The translations under genes were made by a program, and so were the position numbers. From NCBI GenBank assembly GCA_044892525.1, contig CM097885.1, forward strand, positions 44,642,001 through 44,706,000: DNA of 64,000 bases, in the 5' to 3' direction. Below are positions 1 to 14,370 of the stretch, in pieces; the stretch's first letter is position 1; the number at the start of each line of letters is the position of its first letter. Origin of the DNA: Schmidtea polychroa (Eukaryota). Under the pieces are notes generated by a model. It made no database searches and had not been told where the DNA came from. It saw only the letters and a program-made list of their open reading frames with translations.

Positions 1-3000
1 CAAATATTTGTGTTAAAGTGAAATTTCATTTCACAAAGCACACAAGACTAAATATAGAAGAAGATTAAATACAAGTTCTGAATATTAAGCCAGATCTTGA
101 GGAATTATACAGGATAAAAAATACTTAATATTTCACAGTAAAATGATCCTTCTGCTCTAAATTCCCTTACAATTCTTTTTCTTTTAATGATTTGATTTAA
201 CAGATTTTTGCTTTATAAATAAATAATTATGTAGGGACATACAATTAATTTGAACAAAGAATTTATTGTAATTAACATTGTTGAAGAACTTGAACATCAT
301 CAGAGATATTATTGTGACATATTTGATCCATAGATTTTGACTCGATTTGATGATTCTTCAACTTCTTCAGTAACAGCTTCAGTTGATTCAACTTCTGCAA
401 CTTCTTCAACTTGTTCGACTTGTTTGAATTTGATAATGATTTTCGAAAAAAGTGAAAGTAAAAGATTATTTTAACAATTGTTTTTAATTTTTTATTTTAA
501 TTTAATTAATTTAATAATATATTTTAAGTTCAATTATTAAATTGATAAAAGTGCTAGTCCGAGGCACTACAAATTATACAACATAAATTGTATTGCTTTC
601 ATTGTATAATATAAATTAATAAAGGTTCCAAATTATGTAGCATGTTTAGAAGGGTTTCACATTATAATAAAGTTAGGACCTACCGAATTAAGCAATCTAT
701 TTCTTAACCATGCTCAAATGTCCAAATGTCAAACCAGATAAAATAATGGACTATTTATTGAAAAATCTTGTTTTCATTTAATTTTTAGAAAAAAATTAAA
801 ATAAAATAATATATTAATATTAATTGTATAAAACGCTGTCTAAAGCAATGAAAAACTTTACGATGTTATAATATTGCTTGCAATATGGTAATTTCTAAAT
901 GTCACTTTGCCCCCCCCCCCCTAGAAATTAGTTGGCTACCACTGATTTATGTTGGGGTTAGCGCAAAGACCAAGAAATTCATATATAAAAGGAAAGCATA
1001 ACAAACAATGGTAAAATCAACAAAATTTTAAAATTAAAGAAAAAATTGAAAACTAACCAAAGAGTTGGTAGTAAAATAGGATCCCGCCTGATACAATTTC
1101 CCAATGGAATTTTATCTTTGCCGATCATCTGCTTCAAACGCAACAATTGCCAAAATTTATATTGAATGGCTGACAAACAATTGTTTAAACAAATGTTTGA
1201 TATATTGATAATTGTTTTAATGAATCAGCAGTGTGAATTCGAATGCTGCCAAATTATCATTAGTTAATAGAAATTTAATTTTAATAATTTATAAAATATT
1301 ATACAATCAATAGCTTTTTTAATAAAACAACAATGTTATGTGATTCAACATTTTAATGTTAAATTCAAAAATATTTGACTCGTTTATGTCCCAATGAATA
1401 TTACTGGCAAATATTTAGTTTTCTCTTGTAAATTTTTATCATAATTCTTGTTCTCCTTTCATTGTTGGATGAAATAATTTATAGGATTTACCATAATAAT
1501 TTTTATACGGATATCTTTAAAAACAAGCAACTATTTATTCCAAGTCGAGAGAAAAGCCTTTTGGTATCATCACACTGATGACACCTTATCCTTGGATGAG
1601 AAAGGTTGATAGTCAGTTAACAAAATTATAGACGAATATGTTGTATGATGTCAGGTTTCATAACCAATCGCTACCATTTTTTTGCACTTTCCTTTTGATC
1701 TTTTAGGTTTGATCTTTGTAGTTGTATGAAATAATGAGATATTTCCTTTGACTAAAGACTTTCTTCAATTGTAATCCTTGTTTATTGCGTACAAGAAAAG
1801 GTGATTGCCCCTTGAGCTTTCTACCTTATCGAGTGACAAATTATCTGGAGAGATAGGTGCAAATTATAATTGTGATTAAGATTGAATAAAATTATTTTGT
1901 GTTAGGTTTCATTTATTTGGCTGAATAAGAACACGAGAAGTCAAAGAAAGGACCGACTTTCAAATAAAAGCCCAACAAAAAAAATATTCAAATTATAATT
2001 GTTTTTAATGACATAAATATGTAATGATCACATAAATATTCTTGGTTTTCATATAAAAGTACAATTCCTACAAAATTAAATAATTCTGTTGATAAATTTA
2101 TTTCTGTCCGGTGATAAATAAACATTAATTATTTAGAAATAACAATTATTAACGTCAAATTTATTTCAATTACGACAATACAATCAGATAAATTATAAAA
2201 AAAATGCAATTACAGAATTAATTTTTATACGACAGATAATCTTCATATCAATTCCATAAAATATTTATATGCAATGATATTTTTATCTCTTTTTAATAGA
2301 AAAAAATTCATTTTTCCAATGAAAATTTTATTAAAAGCATTTTTATAAATTTTAATTTTAATTAATTTAAGATTTATTTACTAAATTTTAATTTTACCGA
2401 AAAAATTTATTCTAAATATTTTGGCGTTTTTTAAATTAAATATTAAAATTAATTAAAATTAATTTTAATCAAAAAGCATTGGTTTATAAACAAAATGAAT
2501 TTTTAATTTGATATCTAATTAAAAAAAATCATATTTTAAAGTCGCAAGCTTCATTTTAAATATAATTTATTTGAACTAATATTTATATTTTATTAACTAG
2601 ACTTTGCTTTATTTGATCATTTTATTAAGCGTAGTTTCATATTTCAACGTAATTTTATATTTTATTTTTCCCGTATACGAAGACGATAATACGTTTCACT
2701 ACCTATATAATTACGATAAAATTTACATCTTTTAACTACAACATACAAAAACATTAGATTGTTTAAACAAAGTCAAACGACTGAATTTTATAAGTAAAAA
2801 CAAATGAAAATAAATGAAATGATTAATGAAAGCAGATTAAAGGTGAACAGAAAAAGAAAAAAAAGACCACCATAGTTTGAAACCGTAAAAATTCTGGATC
2901 AATTATATTATAATATACGCCCATGTACTTGATATTAATTTATAAAATTTTATAATTTCTTTTTGTAAAATTAATAAATTTATAAAATTATAAAAAACTT

Positions 3001-3002
3001 AA

Positions 3003-3356
3003 TATGTGAAATCGACGAAACGCTATTGTCAGGGCAATGGAAATATAATGTTGGTGCACAGGTTAGTGAACTCTGTGACATTTCAACAAGTCCCGCCATC
3101 GGATTCATGCAAGTGGTTCAAAATCACCGAACCCAATTTCTCGTTATTAAAGATGTAGTTCGGCCAGGGACCACAATTTGGTATGATGAGTGACCAGCAT
3201 GTAGGAATTTATGGAACGAGTATTCCTACGACATTGTGAATCATAAACTGTAATAGGGATTAACATTATTATCTTTGATTTAATATTGTTTATTCATTTT
3301 ATTATTATTTAATACTAATTATTATTGCTAATAACTTTTTATCGGGGGCAAATACC
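3003..3356 (+). mobile_element. Merlin (IS1016/ISXO2-like) DDE transposase remnant with probable right end
   Basis: Manual translation CEIDETLLSGQWKYNVG...VVRPGTTIWYDE*PACRNL...YDIVNH matches Merlin motifs (EIDES; PGTTIxSD; VNH); downstream GGGGGCAAATACC resembles a GG-starting TIR. Confidence 0.7.
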
Positions 3357-3794
3357 CGATGTGACTCCTTGTGTTATTTAATAAAATTACTGTGACCCAA
3401 TAATATTAAAATTATTATATTTGTTTTTATCATTTAATTTTGCAACAAAAATGTATAACAACTTTTAAGTTTTATAAAATTAACAAACCTCACCTCGAAT
3501 TGTTCAGAAAGTATTTGAATATGATTTTACTCTTATTTTTTTTAACATTCCATTTCCCCCTCCCAGCTTCTCTTTCAGAGTAGAGAAGTATTTGATATTA
3601 TTTCAAGGTTTAAGTTATTTTCCTAAAATAATAAGAATAAACATACATAAACACGTCCAATAAGTACTCAGACTCGACAAGAATTAATCATTTTATAAAA
3701 TAGATATTGCTGTCGATTATACTTAAATATGTATAAGTAAGGAAATGTGTTTTTACTTTTATAAGCTAATTTATTTGGAAAATAAATTGTACTA

Positions 3795-4393
3795 CAGTAA
3801 GCTCCCGGTTAAGTACTCACATTGAACCAGAAGGTACTGTGCGTACTTAACCGGGAGGTGCGTACATAAATTTTAATCTCCCATGACTTCTTTCTTACAT
3901 CTCTCCCACTTAGCACTAAAATATGTAATATGGTAAATACTAAACAAAAATGTTAGTATGCAACTACTTCCTTGCCTCTATCGGACGATTCCTATTTTAA
4001 AACAACGAGTGTCTAGTCAAGTTTACAGGCTTTGACAACTTGTGTGAAATTGCAATAAACATAGAAAATCAGCTATTATGTCCAGTTGTTCGATATTTAA
4101 CAGGTGGTGATTACAACGATATTTTATGCTCTTTTGAAAACTTTCAAAAATAATTTATGAAAACAGCATCGATTTCGAAAAATAAAAACAAAAAAATGTG
4201 CATTTGACACTTTATGATATGTTTCTAAATAAAAAAAATCTGTCTTTTTTCTTTTTATTTAATAGTTAACTTTTATCTTATTTGTTTTCCATTTTATAAA
4301 ATAATTTTGCACGGGTTTCTTTAATTTTTTGCATAATAAATTTTGATCCAAGTTTTTTATATTTTTTATGCGTACTTAAGCGGGAGGTTACTG
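3795..4393. mobile_element. Tigger/pogo-like MITE
   Basis: TA|CAGTAAGCTCCCGGTTAAGTAC ... GTACTTAAGCGGGAGGTTACTG|TA imperfect TIRs with TA duplication. Confidence 0.8.
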
Positions 4394-4669
4394 TATTTCT
4401 TTATTGCGTCAGAAAATGTCAGATAATATTGAATTTTAAAGCGTTATAAATGTGATTGTGTTTTCCCGAACTTTTAAAATTTTTGGGGATTCGGCAATTC
4501 CTGAATCTGTAATGAATTCATTTCTAGAGATTAAAGATTTTATTCTTCGCAATTCTCGAGAATCTAGAATGTTAAATAAAATTGTAAATTTAAAAAATAA
4601 TTAAATGAGCCAGAATATGCAAAATGAAAACAAAAAAATTATATTGATTGTATTACAGTTACTGTCAAT

Positions 4670-5540
4670 TTTTATTAAAATAACTTTTCAACATACGCAA
4701 ACAATCTACTGACTTATCAGATAAACGAGTTCTAGCTTTGGACACAAAATCTCCAGAAATTGAGAAGTTTCTCTCGCTTTGAGTTGATGTCGGCCTTATT
4801 TTTTAGCATTTATAAATTTGTAGCAATTTTATTTAATGCTTCATAAATATTTGGCTCTTTTGATAATGAACGGAAATCATTCTCAATAGTTTTGATAGGT
4901 GTCAAATTTTCTCGAATTGATTCCTCCAATTGTTGAGCTAAACTTAATTCATTCTCAGAATCCGGACTACCAATCTCAATGACATCCGGTGAACTAGTCG
5001 AGATAGTGGTATTTAAATTGATATTATTATGTAATCTATTCATTATACTTTTTGTCATATTTGATATAAGATGTTTTGAAGTAAATTTGAAGAAAGCATT
5101 TTCTTCAACCTTTTTAAGGTTTGAGGATCTTGAAGAAATTTTGATAAAGAGATAAGTGAAGCATCTCGTCGTTTTTCAATCTGATTCATTAAATTATTTA
5201 ATAAATTATTGCTAATATCTGTATTTTCTTTAGCAAGGGTTTTAAATAAAAACTTTAACACGCCCTCTGCCGTCAAAAAATTAGCATTTAACCGACTTAA
5301 TGCTTCTATTGCAACTCTACATGCATTTAAACGTCCTAATATATTATTAGCATTAGTTTCACCTTCCTATAAAATTTCTGCTTTTGAAGAAAACATATAG
5401 TCAAGAAATTATTGCACAACTGCAGGATGTTTACAAAAAATAGTACCTTTGTAATGCAGCCATTTACAACTGGATTCGTAATTTTAAAAGTAGGAGCTAT
5501 AATATTTTTAATTTGAAAAATCCTGTTAGGCATGTGATAT
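4670..5540 (-). pseudogene. Decayed hAT transposase, C-terminal part
   Basis: Minus strand reads IRPTSTQSERNFSISGDFVSKARTRLSDKSVDCL (hAT dimerisation domain) downstream of ORFs 4810-5276; frameshifts and stops. Confidence 0.75.
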
Positions 5541-6205
5541 TTAGAAATGAAAAGAAATAAATGCTGGAGAAAAAAATCATGACAGAGCGTTGCATGGTAA
5601 GAAGAGACCTGGCACAGCGTCTAAACATCTCCAAAGAACTGAACACCAGGAAATTGTATTCACGATTTGTGCCATGATTTTTTACGGGTGACATACAACA
5701 AAGATGATTTGAGTGTGTGATAAAATTTCGAAATCTTTGAAAAACTTTAATTACCTGAAACTAAACTTGAGTCTGTTGAATCGAAGATGCCAAAGGAGAA
5801 ACCATCATTGAAAATGAAAACTTGCACATTTCACAAGGTCGAATATTTGAAAATTTCAAAATGGGTAAGAGAGAGATGCACTACAAATTTTGAAGAACTA
5901 TTTGTTAAAAATATATTTAGAAAATCTTTATTAAAAGATTGACTCGTGCAATGACTCATCATGTTCTGATTCATGTTCTTTGTTAAATGGACATAGCCGT
6001 ATTATTGTAAAATAAAATTACGAGGCGAATAATAGTGTGCTACACGTCAGAGTTCACACATCTACTAGAGTATTACTACTAGACAGGTTCATGTGTCTTG
6101 TAAATAGAACATATTTTCAAAGCTTTATGTTTCATATTATGTACATAAAATCTATTTTCAAATATAAATACATGAAAATTTTCAATTTTTAATTGAATTA
6201 TATAC

Positions 6206-6510
6206 CAGGGGTGACCAAACTTTTCTTCCATAAGAGCAAAAAACCATAAACTTAAATTGTGGAGAACCAAAACTTGGCAAAAAAAAAAGACAAAAAAATT
6301 TATTTTTACATAATTGTTCTTTAACCAATCATTTATTTCAAAATTTATTTATTATTCACAATTAAATGTTTCTTTTTTGGGATTGCATTTTCGCTGCAAA
6401 TTTCTTAAAATCTGGCTTTTAATTTGTTAGTGCAATACGAAGAAGTGTTCATTTGTTAGCTGCGAATGTTGGAAAAGACACAATATTTATATTTTAAATT
6501 GCAAATGTAT
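6206..6510 (-). mobile_element. Terminal fragment of Buster/Charlie-type hAT element
   Basis: CAGGGGTGACCAAAC terminus; minus-strand SQLTNE...RIALTN..PDFKKF resembles the tail of the hAT ORF at 35024-35404. Confidence 0.55.
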
Positions 6511-6512
6511 AA

Positions 6513-6782
6513 CATTGCACTTCCAGTCTGTTCATTAACCCTCTCCGTGTAAAAAATAATGCTGATATTTATAGTGACCCGTTCTATTCCCACAAAAACG
6601 GTTACAAAATGTGCCTTCAGCTTCATTCCGATGGATTCAAAGCTGGAAAAGGGACACATCTTTCTGTTTTCTTTTTCATAATGCGCGGTGAAAACGATGT
6701 ACTTTTGCAATGGCCTATGAAACTGGAAGTGACATCTTGCTTTAATGTCGAATATATTCGACAAATATACGGAGAGGGTTAA
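6513..6782 (+). pseudogene. TRAF-type MATH domain fragment without start codon
   Basis: Stop-to-stop frame IYSDPFYSHKNGYKMCLQLHSDGFKAGKGTHLSVFFFIMRGENDVLLQWPMKLEVT matches TRAF MATH consensus (PFY..GYKMCL..GKGTHLSLFF.IMRGEYD.LL.WP). Confidence 0.85.
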
Positions 6783-7960
6783 TGTTGTCCATTAAACTGA
6801 ATCCACGCTCAGCGTCTGCACTAGAGGCTTGAAAAGTGCCACAAATGTTAACTAATATTATCAGTGTCGCAAATTTATCTTCCGACAGCACATACTTAAC
6901 AACGTGTGAAAAGGTTTTGAGTGTTCCTTTTTTCAATCTCTCAGTCGAAACAAATTTAAATTCAATGTATTCTGCTCTGATTACGTCCTTTACATCTTTC
7001 TTATCAGTTTTCTCATCGTTGTTTTCTGGTAGAAAAGATTCATACTTTACCGCTAATTTTAGCACATCATCATTTCCAAATTCAAATTTGGCCTATGATT
7101 TTATTGTTTGCGTACCAATTGCCACCCATTCCTTCAATTCTCCTTCTGGAAATCTATCCTGCAAATGATTAAAAACCCTTTCAATAAATCTCAGTATCAT
7201 CGAATTATCAACATATTTATGTCTGTCTTCCAAAAGTAAATCGACAACCTCCTTGCTCCAGCTTATTTCTTCTTCTAAATATTGCGATTTCAATTTGTTT
7301 ATCTTTGCTCTGAAAAACTGGACCGCTTTAATTGTTATAATCCAGCTCCTCCGAAAAACATAACACAAAACCACAAGTTCAGTCAGATCGTCGTTCAAAA
7401 CTAGAATTGACACATGAACTTGAGGATTTCTAAGCTTTCACATGTTTTGTAAAATATTAAATTGAAGCCGAATAATTGCGAACCAGAGTTTTCGCTGCAA
7501 AATGCCACGACAGCCATCAAACTTCATTCAGCGGCCTGAACGAGACAATATTGTGGTCAGCAACATTAGCTGATTCTTGGAATTCAGAATTTTTCGCACT
7601 TGAGTGACTAAACATTGTATAAATTGTTCAAAGCAATAATTAAATGTTTTTCATCCATGTCATTTTTTTCCAGACATCGTCTATGCCTAAGTCTTCTCGA
7701 TGTGCAACGCAGTGCTGCTCGGATAAATGAAAGACTTCAGCACTGAGCAAAGCAGCAACACTATTTCGCTTGCCGAGCATAACTGACGCTCTTTCCAAAG
7801 TGAACATGACCATCTTCTTTAAATCGAGATTGTTTTCAAGATAAAACAGTTTGATTGCTGCAAAGATTGACTTGCTATAGCAAGCATTTAGCTAAACAAT
7901 TACAGAGTTTTGTGCGTCGTCGTGGAAGAAAAATAAAAAACTGCACACAATCAAAACATA
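6783..7960 (-). pseudogene. Decayed ZNF862-like hAT transposase
   Basis: SVMLGKRNSVAALL, EQHCVAHREDLGI (CxxH), LNEV*WLS (RW motif) and CGTFQASSADAERGFSLM (dimerisation motif) across broken ORFs. Confidence 0.8.
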
Positions 7961-9553
7961 TACTTAAAATCACATACAAACTTTTGATTCATAGAAATGC
8001 ACCGCTGAGATACGTTTTTATAATAACTTTATTTTAGACAATTTTTAGAAAAAAAGAGCTGAAAAGTTTTAAAAATAAATTTTTAATGAAATTATCAAGA
8101 GTAGATTAATTTTGTTCAATGTCTTTTCAGTCTATATTTGATTTCCTGAAAGAAGCCCCTCATATTCAGAAAAAAAATTATTTTATTCATATTCGGTGAT
8201 TTTCCCAAAATGTTTTAGAAAAATACATATTTTTGGTGATTGATTTATTTAATTATAATTAGAAATATATCTGACTCACATTTTTTCGAGATAATTCCAA
8301 GATAAATGTCATAAATTCATAAAAAACCCTGAAAATTAATTAAAAATAATATATAATTATACAGTTGATTAAAACAGTAATATTTAAGAACTTGAATAAT
8401 GATCTCATATCTATATGGATCAAAATTCAAGTCTTAAAATTTACTTAAAATTTAACATCTTACTTGAAAGCCATTTGCCAAACGGCTAAAAAATTTCCAA
8501 AATATGATGAGAAATCATGAATGGAAATTCATTAATTGGTGAGTGGGAAATTGTTATACACGCCAACCAGCCCTATAGAGAATGTATCTCAGTGGTGTTT
8601 GGTATATATACTCATGTACGTAAATAAATACTACAGAAAATATGTAATTCGTAACATTGTTAGTGTTAAGATATTAATTTCCGATGCTCCTACAGTAATA
8701 AAACGATAAAACTTATTAAAACGATGATTAATATTATTATACATTAAATATTAAATTTAAACTAAAACAACTTTAAGGGCGGACACTTTTAACGGACACC
8801 GCGGCACCAAGGTACCTTAGCGCGGCCTTGCCTCATTGAGATAAGTTGATTATTTAAATAAAAGATATGATGGTTATTTAGTGAAATTCTTAGAAAGAAA
8901 ATTATAAGCAAACAACAAGTATGAAAGTCTGTAAATTAAACTTAAATAGTAAAAACTTATTTCAATCGCAGAATAAACTGTTAGCTAACCCCATCACTGT
9001 ATAATCGTGACTTTTATAACTAAGAAGCTGACTACATACCTCACGTAAGTTATCGTCTAAATGTGTTTCTGTAATTGAAATTGTAATATAAATCTTTTTT
9101 TTTGAGTAGATTTATAAATATATCACAACTATTTAAAGCTAAATTTAACGAATTTAATTAAAATGTACAGAAAAGAGAACAAGAAACTCTTATGACTCTC
9201 CTAATCAGAAATTTAATTACATATGATTATCGTAGGAATTATTTATTCTGCTCATATTAACTAAATTTCTGATTGTTTCACGATTAAATTTTAACAAGTT
9301 TTTATTGTCGATACATTTAAACAAAATTTTGATTAAAGATAATAATAATTCTTTAATTTTATAAATTTCTAATTATATATTATAGGTTTGATAAAATATT
9401 TATTAATTTAAGTGATGATTTTTTGGTAGCAGCATTAATTTAATGTTAAACAATTAAATGATAACACAAGACTTTTACTACTAAATATATACTAAATATA
9501 ATTCTTTACTAATCTAATTCATTCAGTTTACATCATTCCGTCACATCAATCAT

Positions 9554-10510
9554 TAGTGATTTCCTCTCGAAAATGTTCGAAGAGAAACTTCTGAGTAATT
9601 CTCGGCTTCCGAGTGTCTTGATTTTCGAGATCTCTGTAAAAAAGTCCCGAGATTTTCAATTTATATACAAAATTCCACCAGGCCTAATTGTTTTTTAGTA
9701 TTTAATATTATATATATATATTCCACTGACAAATCTGATTATTTAAACAAACTTTAATTTAATTTGGAACGATTTCATTACATTTCAGCACTTCACTTTT
9801 TATTTAATAATCTTGAAGAACAAAATACAAAACTTAGTTTAAAATTGTCATCGGCTTTCAAAGACAAAAATTGGGTACCGGAGAAATAAAATACATTATT
9901 TAAAAAACATCAAAAGAAAATTAAATAAAAATAATTTTAACATGTCGACCAAATAAAAGATCGTAAAACTTGCAAAATCCTTTTTTTTGAAGTCGAAGAT
10001 AATATTGATGCCGAAAATAATTTGGTGGTGAAAATAACACTAATAGAGGCAATATGTCTAAAAAGAGCTACATGATGCAATTGACGTATCAATGAAAGAA
10101 ACATCTACAAATAATACGAATATATATGTTCTGGATAAGCAATTAAAATTGTTTGAAATTACTGGAGAAAGACTATTAACAAATATTAACAACTTAATTA
10201 ATGCAATTATATCAGTTAAACCTACATAAATTGAAAATGAAAGAATCTTTTCATTAACATCATGTTTTGTGACACCGAGCAGATCAAAATTTTTCGGATG
10301 ATTTACTAAGCAATTTAATTTTCTTTAAAAATTATTTTAAAATTTTTTAAAATCATATCTTGAACTAATAAACAAAATTGAAATAAAAATTTTATTTCTT
10401 AATATTTTAAACATTTCTTTTCTCTCGAAAATTCTCCAGTCCTGACTGCTTTATTGTCAAGTAATCTCGATTCTCGATATTTTCAAAAAGTTAAGAATTA
10501 AGAATCACTA
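9554..10510 (+). mobile_element. Internally deleted hAT element
   Basis: Ends TAGTGATT...AATCACTA with CTCGAGA-like subterminal repeats; internal SVKPT*IENERIFSLTSCFVT; inverted partial copy at about 15000-15210. Confidence 0.6.
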
Positions 10511-11339
10511 ACTGCAACCTATATTTCTGATAGTCTTACTTTTTATGGTGCTTGGGACATTCAATTATCAAGTATTAAAAAAATAGAAAGTTTGCTTTTA
10601 CTTTCTATATTTTATCGTGTTGTATTTTATTAACTAATTAGTTTTAACCCTTTACTCTATTGTTAATTCATTGCATTTTTAATTAATTTTAGCTTTCTAG
10701 TCACTATTTTCCAATTATTTGTAATAATATTTCTCTTATATTTTTATTTGTTTCCCACGATTATTTAATTTAATTTAACAGTTTCATAATTATTTTTCTA
10801 TAAAATAAAATGGAAGCAAAGTTCGAGATATAAAATTTCATTTTTTTTTAAAGTTGCTATTTTCATTTATTTATTATGTTATAAAATGAAATTTTGATAT
10901 GTATTACAAATTGCATCATTATCATTTTTGTTGAACTGTAATAATATTTTATGTATTTTATAACATATAAAAATTATTTTAAAATGTAAGAAAATTGTGA
11001 CTACAAAAATCCGGGATAACTTAATAAAAAGAGGGAAAGCTTAATTAAAATTGAGAAAATTTTATTGATTTCTTCTGATCAAATCAAACTAATTTAGGAG
11101 ATTTTTTCTAAAATATAAGAAATTTGTGAGAGTCTCCTTTAGAACTTGTTTCAGGACTGCTTGAGTGTTTGTGTGTGGTTTTTTAAAAAGATATATATAA
11201 TAGCAATAAAATAAATATTAGATGAACATCAAATATAAAAGAACAAATTTAACTTTTAAAAAGTTTATTGAACAACTAAAATATAAATCTCGTTACGGGA
11301 TTATTGACAGGACATTTCATAAATAAGTTTATTGTAATA

Positions 11340-12101
11340 CAGGAATACCTTGCATAGTACGGTTTCGATCAGTACGGTTTCTCTATAGTACGGTTTTGAA
11401 ATTTTCAAAATATGATTGTTTTTAAAATGATTAAATAAAATTTTCGAAATTTAAAAAAGTTTTAAAAAAGGAAGGGGCTTAGTTTGCTAAAGTAGGAAAA
11501 GAAAGGGGAATGAACGAGGCGTCAGTTCGGAAAATTGTGACAAATAAAGATCAATACAAGTCGCAAGGTATAGCTACGGCGTCATATTTGTCAAAAGTTG
11601 TAACCAGAATTAGAAGCCCTCGAATGGTTAACATGGAGCGACTATTATCTATATGGATAGAAGACCTTAGCCAAAAACGTATTCCAATTAGTCAAATGGA
11701 AATTCAAGCGAAGGAACTAAGTCTTTACAAAGACTTGGGGACTAAAGATGAAGTAGAAGACCTTGGTTCCGAAACCAGTGAAACCTTTACGGCCAGTCGA
11801 GGGTAGTTTTCTCGGTATAAGGAACGAACTGGTATTCACAACGTACGTATTGTTGAGGAATAAATATATATTTAAATGTACAACTGTGTTAAATATGGTT
11901 GTTTTGCTCTTGAATATCAGAAAAATAAAAATACATAACAAAATATTTTTTGTTTACTTGATTATAATTACGATTTTTAAATTTCTTAATAGGGGTACTA
12001 AGCCGTAAATTTATTAGCGCCAGAATACCTCAAATAGTCCGGTTTCAAATAGTACGGATAAATTCCAGAACCGATTAACCATAATGTTCGAGGTATTCCT
12101 G
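11340..12101 (+). mobile_element. Tigger/pogo deletion derivative with CENP-B-type HTH ORF (11510-11806)
   Basis: TA|CAGGAATACCT ... AGGTATTCCTG|TA TIRs; ORF MERLLSIWIEDLSQKRIPIS...FTASRG typical of Tigger N-terminus. Confidence 0.88.
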
Positions 12102-12879
12102 TATATACCAATCTTTTACTTTCTTCTTTGATTATTTCAAATTCTGTTTGTTGTTTATTTCAAAACTTCTACAGTATATTTCCAATCTTTCTCCTCGGTT
12201 TTTGAGTTGTTTTTACAGCTAAGTTGAAAACATTCAATCAAAATCATTAGAATATTTTAGGACCATCAAAAGAAAAAAATATTTGAACTAATTTTGAATC
12301 AATCAACATTTTTATGAATTTTGAAATATAGGCAAATTAATTGAAATAATTATTTTTTAATATAAAAATTTTAAAGATATCAAAATAATCATTTTTTAAT
12401 AAAAAAAATAAAATTAAAGATATATGAAAAATATCGTCATGAAAAGCATTCATGTTTTCTTTTTACCACTGAGAAATATTTAAAATTCTATGATATTGTT
12501 AATATTCTATAATTAAAATCTTTAGATATTTCATTATTATTTTGAAAAAAATCGAATCGCACTTGGAAACAGACTTTATAATTTTATAAAAATTTTCAAA
12601 ATTCTTATATTTTGCAATGATAAATTTAAACACAAGGTTAATTATCTTTTTTGCCATACACCGCATTGCATTTGATAAAAACAGTGAAAAGGTTTGAAAA
12701 TATTTCTATACAGGGATATAAAATGGATGAGAAAGATGACAGATCACCAATTTGGAGAGTAGAGAGCGCTCAAAATTCTCTGGGATTTTAAATAATGTTT
12801 AGTTTTTAGTATGATTTTTTAATAACAGAATGGGGTTTCTGAAGTATATATGTATTTTTTAAAGTTGCAAATGCGTGTG

Positions 12880-14370
12880 TATGTAAAGGTTGGCTAAAAA
12901 TGGTGGTGTTTAAGGTGTTAAGGGTGTGAATTTTAAATAAATAATGATGTTGTTTTGTAGAGATTTAAATTCTATCTATATATTGTTTGAGTGAAAATAT
13001 CTCTAGTTGTTTAAAATGATGTGTAAATTCAAAAACTGTGTACTAAAAGTGAAATTTCAAAATTTTGATTTGGTCAATGTTTCATTAAATAGAGAATGTA
13101 ATTTCAAGCAATAAAGTCTTTGAAATTCTTATAAAAAATTAAAATTGATTACGTAATTAATGAAGCAAAATTTTTTTTAATACTACTTAATCAATGATTG
13201 GAACAAAATTAAATTTTTACGTAATCATTGGTTAAAACAAAATTAAATAAATTTTTATAAGGTGGGTGTTGTCAAAAAAAAGATTTATGAGAGGGCTTGT
13301 CAAAAAAGTACCCCCTCCTATTCGACTGAAAAAATAAAATATTTGTGAGAGTCTAGTGCACATATATATCTATCTACTATTCATTACAACAGTTCTAGAT
13401 ATCAAAGTTTCACGTGCATTTTTTACACCTAATTCCGAAATTTAATAACTTCTTTAATCTAAAAAAAATCAATAAATATATATTATAGGAACACAAAAAC
13501 TTACCTGTGTGTAGAAATTTATTGTTCCGAAATTTAGTAACTTTATTATAGGTTTTGTGAAGGTGAGAGAAAAATAACTGAACACACCAACACAAAACAC
13601 ATAATGAAAAATGCATGCAAAATTCTTATATAGTTTTTTGTTCCGAAATAAATAACTGTTAACATATTGTTAACATATTGTTAAAATATAATTATTTTTA
13701 AATTATTAAAAAATGCAAGAAAATACTTTAAATTTAATTTCCGACAGCTCTACCTTGAGCTTTAGAGAAAAAGAAGAAAGTTCAATGTAAGTTTTATTCA
13801 TTAAATTACAAAACATTAAAATATTCAAGGTCCTTCGAGATCTTTTGATTTACAGAAAGAAATTCGCAAATCGTAAATTTAAATAAATTATTTTAATAAA
13901 TTAATATTTTCATAGATATACAGAAAATAACAAAATACGGCTTATTAATGCCTTTGAAAATGGGTACAATTACCAAGAATTTGGAAGATTGCATTAAAAA
14001 AATAAATGTATTCGGTGATTAGTTTATTTATTTAGTTAAAAATATATCTAACTTACATTTTAACGAAATAATTCCAGATAAATGCATAAAATATCATATA
14101 ATTCCTAAAAAACACCTGAAATTTAATTATTAATGTTATATTATAAATGCTGACTAACAGTAATATTTAAGAACTTGAATAATGATCTCATAATTATATA
14201 AAATCAAAATTCAAGTCTTAAAAGTTACTTGAAATTAAAAAATTTACCTGAAAACCATTTTTAATAAATTGAATACATGTATATGAAATGTAAATGAAAT
14301 TGATTAACTTCATTTTCACGTATATGGTGACTCACCTCAACTGGTGTGACACCAACGTGAATTATAGAGG
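12880..14370. repeat. Unclassified dispersed repeat, copy A
   Basis: 13440-14370 is reverse-complement similar to 36340-37460 and 37490-37810; 12880-13380 is similar to 45660-45940; 14050-14260 is similar to 8280-8480. Confidence 0.7.

Noticed and set aside
330..450. Acidic minus-strand stretch (VEQVEEVAEVESTE) as homolog of the Polinton acidic gene
   Set aside because: Only compositional similarity
6456..6764. 102-aa minus-strand ORF
   Set aside because: Antisense shadow of the TRAF MATH frame
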